Part shown: positions 54,136 to 64,000 of the stretch, piece by piece
How the letters are laid out: each line of letters begins with the position of its first letter
How positions within the stretch are numbered: position 1 is the first letter of the stretch
Assembly: GCA_951406725.2 (NCBI GenBank)
Contig: OX597831.1
Span: forward strand, 26,350,001 to 26,414,000
DNA: 64,000 nucleotides
Origin: Octopus vulgaris
Taxonomy: Eukaryota
Direction: 5' to 3'
Position numbers and translations under genes: made by a program
The notes under the pieces: generated by a model
The model's database searches: none
The model's input: the letters and a program-made list of their open reading frames with translations, nothing else
Told to the model about the DNA's origin: nothing

Positions 54136-54417
54136 CATCCTGTCTAATCCAAACAAGAATGGAAAAGCAGATTTTAAGATGTCAGCAGTGGTAGTGACTA
54201 TAGTAAGCTCTGCAGTAATTTCAGGAGTTGGACTTACGGGATAACAACCATCTTCACAGTCTTTTTTTTTTTTATAGTGGTGATGGATTTTTTCCATGAA
54301 CTACAGGCAGATTATTTTATGCCTGCTTGAACATTTATACAATATCTAGGAGTGCTATTGCATTCATAGAGACCATCAAAAGAAAATCTTTATTTCATGA
54401 AAGTCCAATCAAAATCC

Positions 54418-54605
54418 TTAACCCTTTAAACACATTGTCTTTAATTAATCATGCCTAATCTTTTTGCTTCAATATTTCAATGACGTGGTTTAGTTTTAGA
54501 AAGACATTGTAGGGTAAGTGTGAGAAACAGGATCTGGGTGATTTGAACATAAAACCAGTAGAATATTTGGGCTACATATGGTCAGTTTAAATGCTAAAGG
54601 ATTAA
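54418..54605 (-). mobile_element. TTAA MITE, same family, internally deleted
   Basis: TTAACCCTTTA...AATGCTAAAGGATTAA. Confidence 0.7.
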
Positions 54606-56059
54606 ATTGTTTGACCAATATTAACATCATTACTCTTCTTGTGACACTACTTTCAAGGATTTAGAATCTACAGATAGGGTATGACAGCAAGATCTGTTCC
54701 ATGCTAACAAAATGGTATGACATTTCCATCGAAAAAGAATCATTTCATGCAACATTCATATCCTGTCATCTTTCTTCAACCGTTTCGTTCCAAGAGATTA
54801 ATCTTTCAACATCTGATGTTTATACCAGATCGGAACCGACATTTTATCAACCCTGCACTCAGACTCTGGCAATACCTATCTTTATCCCCTGATGGGATCA
54901 AACGGAACGTACATGGTTTGTTTGGGGAAAATAGGAAGAGAAAAACAAGAAAGAAAAATGGTGAGCAAACATCTATTTTGTTAGTTGCTAGGCAACTGCT
55001 TCACAATAACTTGCACACAGCAACTATAGACAAAATATGTATTGAAAAATCGTGGACAAAAGGAAAACTATCCAACACTGAGAAAAATTTTACATGCCCC
55101 ACCACGCATTTTCATGAAGAAAATATACAAGAAAAGAAAAAACCAAAATAAGAAAGGCAAAAAAAAAATGCCACTAGTATTAATGCATTGATTATTGGCA
55201 TCATCTTGTATGGTCTACAACAGGTTTTCAAATGACAGAATTATTAAACATGTAATATAGATCATTTCTTTTAACTTGGTTTTCATAACTGAGTTGAATG
55301 AATGAGGCATGAGAGAATGACAAAAAGCAGAATTAAGGTCTAGGGAGTGGAGGAAATATAAGCTACAATGGAGTTAGAAAATATTCCAAGAGAATTAACA
55401 TCCAAAAAAAGATTATTGATTTCATGTGTAAGTTCTCCGTGGGATAATAGCTGTGCTGATCAATATCCATTCACTACAGAATGATACAAATTATAGATGT
55501 TAGCATTTTTTTTTAAAAAAATAAACGCCCTGTTTAAGACTCAGAGCCAAACATGTAAAATAAGATTATTCCAACTTTTAGAGTAACATTTTTGTTTAAT
55601 CTACAATGAAATCTATAAACAATTCTGTTCTTTAAACTGACAGACACTGCTGTCATTGATAGCATTTTTATATATCGGCCTTGTACAGATATAAACATAA
55701 ACCTGTGTGAAAGTTTGAACGTGTGCATATACATGCGTTTACAAAATTGTCTGTATCTATGTAAGTAGGTAAGAATTTAGAATTGTAAATGAACATGGGC
55801 GTTTGGAACTGCAGGTTTGCATATACGTTTACTAATGCATCTGCTGGGCATGTGTAAATATGGTGCAATTTATTGAATTCTTTGAATTTATTATTGAACT
55901 GAAAACACTTTTGCAAATATGTGCAATATTTTCACCCAAATGTATGCACATAGATGTGTGTACATGCATTTGTGTAAACACATACATATACTTCAAGAAA
56001 GAAAGTATATAAAGAATTGTATATAAATGTGTTTGTATACAAGAATGTGTGAATTTATC

Positions 56060-56800
56060 TTCTTTTATTTGTCTCAGTCATTATTAGACTATGGCTATGC
56101 TGAGGCACTATCCTGAAGAATTTTTTGATACTTATTCTATCAATCTCTTTTGCCAGACTGCTAAGTTATGTGAACTTCAACACACCAACACTCATTGCCA
56201 TTACGTTATGTTCTGAGTTTAAATTCTGCTGAGGTCAACTTTGCCTTTCATCCTTTCGGGGTCGATAAATTAAGTACCAGTTACGCACTAGGGTCGATGT
56301 AATCGACTTAATCCCTTTATCTGTCCTTGTTTGTCCCCTCTATGTTTAGCCCCTTGTGGGCAATAGAGTGAGGATGGGGGTCAAACACAGTAAAAAAGAC
56401 ACACACACACAGGCTTCTTTCAGTTTCCATCTACCAAAGTAATCCACAAGGCTTTGGTCACCTTGAGTCTATAGTAGAAGACACTTATTTCTTTATTGCC
56501 CATAGGGGCTACACACAGAGGGGACAGACAAAGGGATTAAGTCGATTACATTGACTGGTACTTAATTTATCGCCTCCAAAAGGATGAAAGGCAAAATTGA
56601 CCTCGGCGGAATTTGAACTCAAAACATAAAGACAGATGAAATACCGCAAGCATTTCACCCAGCGTACTAACATTTCTGCCAGCTCACCGCCTTTTAGTAG
56701 AAGACACTTGACACTTGCTTGAGATGCCATGCAGTGGGACTGGACCCAGAACCATGTTGCTAGGAAGCAAACGTCTTACCACAAAGCTACGCCTGTGCCT
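56060..56800 (-). mobile_element. SINE family B with two nested family A SINEs (56196-56365 +; 56487-56694 -)
   Basis: Family B segments are interrupted. The minus-strand family A insert is flanked by the TSD TAGTAGAAGACACTT (56472-56486 / 56695-56709). Confidence 0.8.
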
Positions 56801-57479
56801 ATGTGCACCAGTGCATATAATAATCTGAATGCATGTGGACATGAGAGTGCCCATGAATATGCATATTGTGAATGGAACATGTGGGAACATGTATGTACAT
56901 GTATCAATATACTTGTACGAGAAAACATCAGAAACTATACCTAAGTTTGCGTGTCTTCAAATATGAAAGAGAGAGAGAAAATGTGTGTGTGCGTGTGCGT
57001 TCTGCTATATAATCTAGTCTATACTCTAGGAAGAATCAGTAAGATAATCTCTGTTACATAATGCTAAACAGCTGCTAAATTGATCAAGCTAATCCATGCC
57101 ATCATGGAAAGGTGAACACTATATCAATGACGAAGCAGATTAAAGCTTCAAGGTTACAAGCTGATCTTTCAGCATTTTATTAATAAAACTACATAGCCAA
57201 TCTTCTCTCTCTCTCTCTTATGCCAACAGCATTTATATAGATATGATTAACCATGGGTGGGTTTCATTAAAATTTTGAGTTTGCTTCAGATGAAATAAAT
57301 ATATACTTGTAATAAAATGCAAGAACGAAATTTGCTTAGTGGGTGCAAACCCAGTTTTTGAGGACGGTGCACCTCTTGTTTCCAAGCCTATGAATAATAT
57401 AATAATTGGACTAAGATTTAGTATATATGCTTATAGGATGATAACAATCAAAACTAGTTTCACACAAAATCTATATACC

Positions 57480-57712
57480 TATTTCTTTACTGCCCACAAG
57501 GGACAAAACACAGAGAGGACAAACAAGGACAGACAAACGGATAAGTCGATTACATCGACCCCAGTGCATAACTGGTACTTAATTTATCGACCCCGAAAGG
57601 ATGAAAGGCAAAGTCGACCTCGGCGGAATTTGAACTCAGAATGTAACGGCAGACGAAATACAGCTATGCATTTCGCCCGGCGTGCTAATGTTTCTGCCAG
57701 CTCGCCGCCTTA
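57480..57712 (-). mobile_element. SINE family A, full length
   Basis: Reverse complement of family A; TSD AAAATCTATATACC at 57466-57479 and 57718-57731. Confidence 0.9.
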
Positions 57713-57809
57713 GCTATAAAATCTATATACCATTGAGATTAACATTAGTGTCAAACTTTGGTACAAGGACAGAAATTTTAGGGGAGATTAACTTGACCCC
57801 AATGCTCAA

Positions 57810-60800
57810 CCAAGGCCAGGGCTAGCCAGCCAGCCATGACCAGGGCTGGCCAGCCGGCTGGCTGGCCCTGGCCTAGGCTAGCTGGATAGCTGAGCTTAGG
57901 GTGCCTGGCTGGCCCTGCCTTCCCTTATTGGCTGGAAATTGGCCTAGGCTGGCTGGTTGGCCCGGCCTTGGCTACCAGGCTGGAAACTGACCTAGGCTGC
58001 CTGGCTGGTCCTGGCTTGGCTGACTGGCCGGCCCTTGGCTGCCTGGCTTGAAACTGGGCTAGACTAGCTGGCTGAAAGGTCCTGGGCTAGTTGGCTGGCC
58101 TGGCCTTGGCATGCTGGCATAGGCTGGCTGGCTGGCTAGGCCTGGGCTGCCTGGCTGCAAACTGGCATAGGCTGGTTGGCTGGACGGTCCTTGGCTACTT
58201 GGCTGACCCGGACTTGGTTTGCTGGCTGGAAACCGGCCTAGGCTAGCTGGCTGGCCGGGCCTTTGCTGCTTGGCTGGTGCAACCTTGGTTTGGTGGCTGG
58301 AAACTGGACTAGGCTGGCTGGCTGGCCAGTCCTTGGTTGCTTGGTAGGTCCGGCCTTGGTTTACTGGCTGGAAACTGGCCTAGGCAGGTTGGCCTGCCAG
58401 GCCTTCGCTGCCTGGCTGGCCCGGCCTAGGTTTTCTGGCTGGAAACTGGTCTAGGCTGGCTGGCTGGACGATCCTTGGGTGCCAAGCTGCTCCACACCTG
58501 GCTTGCTGGCTGGAAACTGGTTTAGGGTGGCTGGCTGGCCGGGCGTTGGGTGCCTGTCTGGTCCAGCCTTGGTTTACTGGCTTGAAACTGGATTAGGCTG
58601 GCTGGCTGGACAATCCTTGGCAGCTTAGCTGGCCCAGCCTTAGTTTGCTGGCCAGAAACTGGCCTAGGCTGGTTGGCTGGACAATCCTTGGCTGGCTGGC
58701 TGGCCAAGACTTGGTTTCCTGGCTGGAAACTGATCCAGGTTGGCTGACTGGCCAGGCCTTCGCTACTTGGCTGGTTCGGCCATGGTTTACTGGCTGGCTG
58801 GTGCTTAGTCACCTGGCAGGCCCGGCCTAGGCTTGCTGGCTGGACGGTCTTTGGCTGCTAGGCTGGCCCACCCTTGGCTAGCTGACTGGAAACTAGCCTA
58901 GGCTGGCTAGCTGGCCGGGTCTTGGCTGCTTGGCTGGACTGGCCTTGGTTTGCTGGCTGGAAACTGGCCTAGGCTGGCTGGCTGGCTGGCTGGACGTTCG
59001 CCGTCTGCCTGGCTGGTTGGCCAGTCCTTGGCCCCCTGTCTGGCACGGCCTAGGTTTGCTGGCTGTAAACTGGCCTAGACTGGCTGACTGGATGGTCCTT
59101 GGCAGCCAGGCTGACCCGCGCTTGGCTGGCTGGCTGGCTGGCTGGCCTGGCCTTGGCTTGCTGGCTTGAAACTGGCCTAGGCTGGCTGGCTGGGCCTTCG
59201 CTGCTTGACTGGCCCGGACTTGGTTTGCAGGCTGGAAACTGCCTGGGCTGGCTGGCTGGCTGGCCGGTCCTTGGATGCCTAGCTGGCCCGCTCTTGGCTT
59301 GCTGGTTGGAAACTGGCCTAGGCTGGCTGGCTGCCTGGCTTGCCCAGCCTTGGTTTCCTGGCTGGAAACTGGCCTAGACTGGCTGGCCCAGCCTTGGTTT
59401 CCTGGCTGGAAACAAGCCTAGGCTGGCTGGCTGGCTGCATGTTGGCTGCCTGGCTGGCCTGGCCTTCGTTTGCTGGCTGGAAACTGGCCTAGGCTGGTTG
59501 ACTGGCCAGGCCTTGGCTGGGTGACTGGCTGGGCCTTGACTGCCTGAAAACTGGCCTTAGCTTGCTGGCTGGCTGGACGGGACTTGGCTGCCTGGCATGC
59601 CCGGCCTTGATTTGCTGCCTGAAAACTCACCTCGACTGGCTGGCTGGAAGATCCTTGGGTGTCTGGCAGGCCCTCTCATGGCTTGCTGGCTGGAAACTGG
59701 CCTAGGCTTGCTGTCATGGTTTTGGTTTGCTGGCTGGCTGGCCTGGCGTTGGCTGCTTGGCTGGTCCGGCCTTAGTTTACTGGTTGGAAACTGGCCTAGC
59801 TTGGCTGGCTGGACGGTTTTTGGCTGGCTGGCTGGCTGGCTGGCCCGGCCTTGGCTTCCTGGTTGGAAACTGATCTAGGCTGGCTGGCTGGCCAGTCCTT
59901 GGCTGATTGGCTGGTCCAGCCTTGGTTTACTAGCTTGAAACTGGCGGGCTGGTTCATGGTCACCTGACTGGCCCGGCCAAGGTTTGCTGGCTGGAAACTG
60001 GCCTAGGCTGGCTGGCTGGCCGGGGCTTGGCTACTTGGCTGAACCGGCCATGGTTTGCTGGCTGGAAACTGGCCTTGGCTGGCTGGCTGGGGGCCTTGGC
60101 TGCCTGGCTGGCCCGGACTTGGTTGGCTGGCTGCAAACTGCATGGGCTTGCTGGCTGGAAACTGGCCTAGGCTGGCTGGCTGGCCGTCCCTTGGATGCTT
60201 GGCTAGTCCAACCTTGCTGGCTGGTAAATGGCCTTGGCTGGCTGGCTGGACGGTCCTTGGCTGCCTGGAAACTTGCCTAGGCTGGCTGGGCCTTGGCTGC
60301 TTGGCTGGTCTGGCCTTAGTTTGCTGGCTGGAAACAGGCCTAGGCTGGCTGGCTGGACGGTCCTTAGCTGCTTGGCTGCTGGAAACTCGCCAAGGATGGC
60401 TGGCTGCATGGCTTGCCCGGCCTTGGTTTCCTGGCTGCCTGGCTGGCCTGGCATTCGTCTGGCTGCCTGACTGGCCCGCCCTTGGCTTGCTAACTGGAAA
60501 CTGGCCTAGGTTGCCTGGCTGGCACGCCTTTGTTTGCCTTGCTGGCCCGGCCTTGAATTGCTGGCTGGAAACTGGCCTAGGCTGGCTGACTGGCCCAGTT
60601 TTGGATGCCTTGCTGCCCCGGCTTTGGTTTGCTTAGTGGAAACTGGCCTAGGTTGCCTGGCTGGCACGCCTTTGTCTGCCCGACTGGCCTGGCCTTGACT
60701 TGCTAACTGGAAACTGGCCTAGGTTGCCTGCCTGGCAAGCCTTTGTCTGCCTGGCTTGTCCGGCCTTGACTTGCTGGCTGGCACTGGCCTAGGCTGGCCC

Positions 60801-60890
60801 TGGCCTTGGCTGGTCCTGGGCTTGCCTGGCTGGCTGGCCTGGCCTGGGCTGGCCTGGCTTGGTTGACCTGGCCTGACCTGGCTGGCTGGC
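57810..60890. repeat. GC-rich minisatellite, 71-bp period, built from GGCT tetramers
   Basis: Anchor GGAAACTGGCCTAGG (or close variants) recurs at 58157, 58228, 58299, 58370, 58441, 58512, 58583, 58654 and 58725, and at 60496, 60567, 60638, 60709 and 60780. Confidence 0.95.
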
Positions 60891-62829
60891 TTTGTTGTTA
60901 AAATTTCACTTCCCAACCATGTGCATTGTTTTTAGGTTGTTCAGAACATGGTACTTCGGGCATAATGTTCTGCCCAAGATCAAGTGCGGCTGGGCCAAAA
61001 AGTTTGGCTATGTCTACTGAAACTACATAAGCACCTGAAACAATTAGTGCAAATATTGTACTTACTACCATGCTTTTGCTAGTGGCTGTCACTTGCATGT
61101 GATGGCTATGCTAAATAAAGACACTGATGGCCAGTATGAATCTATGTTCTGGCTCCTGTAGTATACTCAGACAACGTGTCATAAAAGAACTTATAAGACA
61201 ATGAAGTTTATCAAAAGTAGGTGAACAACTGTTATTGGTCTCATAAATATGGATAATGTATCCAAGAAGCTTCTCATATTGATGGGAAACAATACAATCA
61301 GTACAAAAAGAAAATGTCTGTCCTTATGCATGTGAATTAAATGCTGGATATTTTTAATTTCACAAATAAAATATGGGAAGAAATCTGCCAGCTATAGATA
61401 AAATTCTATTGAAATTCAGTTAAGCATCTTCAAGATTGGGACAATTAAGACTGTGAAGTCTATTCAAGTAATTGCCTCAACACTCACCATAACAACCAAC
61501 TTATCCTCCTTCTCCTCTCTCTTTAGTGTCTCCTCAGATGTTTTCTACTGCTAGGCAAGTAATGCTCATTCAGAGCTATTGTAAAAACAGATCAAACCTC
61601 ATTTATCAGACAAATTCATTTGGCATGGCTAATCGATTCGATTGTATTATTTTTATTTTTATCATTATTATTATTATTATTATTATGATTTTGTTCATTC
61701 CCAATATCCTTTCTTAAATTGAATGGCTAAATAAAAACTTGATGTCTGTAGAACTAATAGCTCCACTTGTTTGGAAAGCAGACAGATCAATAAAACAAGT
61801 GCTAAACAAATCTCTTCTTACTGTTAACACTGTCTTAACATTTATTTTATACCTGGAAAATATCTTGCTTCCTTGCTGTGAGTTGACAAACAACAGAGGA
61901 CTGGCTGCTGGTACCATGTCTCTGGTACTGCTGCTGCTGCTGCAATTGTTGTTGAACATTAAACTTATTTTACTTGCATTATATCTACATGAAAGGAGAC
62001 AACAAAAGGATATAGATTATTGAATGCTCAGGTGATGTTGGTAAGTTAGACATATGCTGAGCTATTGTCAGCAGAAACCTAGCTCAGGTGCTAAAGATAA
62101 GTAATATCATGGGTCAGATTTCAATCTTTTATGACTGATATACTTATAGAATTTTTAACATAATATAGTTATTTAAAAAAAAAAAAATTATTAGAAAAAT
62201 TGTTGCAATAAAAATTTGAAGTATAATAAAGCCAAATAAATGACTCAAACTAAGATTATAACATTTATTATACCAGTGTTTATATTAACATGCCAGTGGC
62301 ACAAGAAAATCACCCAGCACACAATGTAAAGTGATCAGTATTGAGAAGGGCATCCAGCTATAGAAACCAAGCCAATTGATGCGGATCTCCTGCCCGCCAG
62401 CTCTGGTCAAACCGTCCAACCCATGCCAGCTTGGAAAACAGATGTTAAGGGACAATGTTGAAACTCACTTATATTTCATTAGATATATTTGTTAAGTTAG
62501 CATTTATTTTTAACTGTTTCAATAAAATGAAACATGAGAGAGATATTGATTTCAAATTTTGGCACAAGGCTAATAATTTCAGGGGAGCTGGTAAGTCAAT
62601 TAGATCAACTTATTTTATAAAATCAAAGTCAACCTCAGCAGAATTTGAACTCAGAATGTAGTAATGAGCCAGATGAAATGCCACTCAGCATTTTGCCCAG
62701 CATGGTAACATTTCTGCCAGCTCACCAACTTACATTACAGTGATGTTAGAAAGTGCTATCTAACTTACATGAAAATTATTTTAAATCAAGATATGTAGAT
62801 ATATATTATTTTTTTAATTTCCAGGATAT

Positions 62830-63795
62830 TTTGATATGATGGAAGATGATGAGCTATCTGGAAGACCTGACACAAGCATCACTCCTGGAAATGTGGTATT
62901 GTGCATCGAGAATTTGTCCCTCAGCGTCAGCCCAGCAATTGAGGGTTTTACTGCAATGTTTTGGAGGGATATTCAGTGTGGATTTAGGAACAACAGAGGG
63001 ACAATAGACACGGTCTTTGCAGTATGGCAGATACAGAAGTGCCGAGAACAAAACCAGAACTTCTACATCCTCTTCGTGGACCTGACAAACACTTTTGACA
63101 CTGTCAGCCAAGAGGGACTGTGGGATATCTTGTCCAAGCTAGGCTACCCACTAAAGCTCGTCAAGAGACATTCAGCGAGAGTTACCGGATCTGTGGAATG
63201 TGAAGAATTGGATTCTTAATGACGATAATGCACCTGGTCACTAAGCTCTCCTCACTTGTGAGTTTCTCACCAAAAGCAAAATGGTATCACTTCCACACCC
63301 ACCCTATTCACCAGATTTCACACATGCAAACTTCCATCTTTTCCCAAAGACGAAAATGCAGCTCAAAGGCCACTGTTTTAACATCAGTCAGGATCATCCA
63401 GTCATTTCATGATGGCATGTTGGCTTGCATCGTGGAAAATGGAGATGTCTCTGATCCATTCTCGGTCTTCAATGGCATGAAGCAAGGCTGCATGATGGCT
63501 CCCACACTCTTCAGCCTCATATTTGCCACCATGCTCTTCTGCACCCTGCCAAAGTCCGAATGCTGCTGCCACTATTCGTTACAGATGTGACAGCCGATTC
63601 TTTGACCTCAGACATCTGAAGGCAAAAACCAAGGTCCTGGATGCCGTAGTGAGAGACTTCCTGTTTGCAGGCGATTATGCGCTTGCAGCATTGAATGAAC
63701 CAGACCTGCAGGAAGGTCCTTGAGTTGATTATGGAAAACGACTTCCAAACCAGATTCCAAAGGTGGCAGGAATACTGGGACTGGTGTATTGCTGA
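62830..63795 (+). pseudogene. Mariner transposase relic in three pieces (62830-62970, 63162-63381, 63713-63795)
   Basis: EDDELSGRP, GIVHREFVP, WILNDDNAPGH, HPPYSPDF, LFPKTKMQLKG and FQRWQEYWDWCI. Confidence 0.85.
62971..63712 (+). pseudogene. RTE/BovB-type LINE reverse transcriptase relic in two pieces (62971-63161, 63382-63712)
   Basis: QCGFRNNRGTIDTVF, FVDLTNTFDTVS, GMKQGCMMAPTLF and LFAGD (degenerate YADD-type motif), with frameshifts. Confidence 0.88.
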
Positions 63796-64000
63796 TGTTA
63801 AAACTCGGGTAATGCTAATGATGTTAAAACTTAGGTAAATAAGATATTTTTTAGTAAATATGACTATTCCTAGAACTTTTTAATACCACCTCATATTAAG
63901 GCTGGCTCTAAAATACTGCAGTAGCTGGTAGAATTGTTAGCATGCCAGGAGAAGTACTTAGCAGCATTTTGTCCATTTTACATTCTGAGCTCAAAGGAAA

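Noticed and set aside
57810-60890. CRISPR-like array or Trp/Leu/Gly-rich coding ORFs in the GC-rich repeat
   Set aside because: The intervals between anchors are copies of one another, not unique spacers, and there are no cas genes. The 71-bp period is not a multiple of 3, so the ORFs shift frame and are repeat artefacts.

Overview
AT-rich eukaryotic genomic DNA, dense in microsatellites and SINEs. The repeat families look like those of an octopus or other coleoid cephalopod (inference). One protein-coding gene can be supported: the 3' part of a KChIP (KCNIP, neuronal calcium sensor family) gene on the + strand. Its exons are 22420-22489, 30686-30756, 35208-35420 and 37868-37930, followed by two homologous alternative last exons (39547-39600 and 43044-43091) that encode different versions of the C-terminal helix. 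I could not find its 5' exons in the window. The rest is intronic or intergenic: several tRNA-derived SINE families, TTAA-flanked MITEs, a mariner MITE, a non-autonomous Helitron, RTE-LINE and mariner relics, and Penelope-like fold-back elements. Two of the repeat elements carry apparently intact type I hammerhead ribozymes (32395-32487 +, 54085-54129 -). There is also a 3.1-kb GC-rich minisatellite with a 71-bp period (57810-60890) and an interleaved mariner/RTE chimera (62830-63795). Most ORFs in the supplied track are microsatellite or repeat artefacts. No CRISPR array, rRNA or genuine tRNA gene was found.
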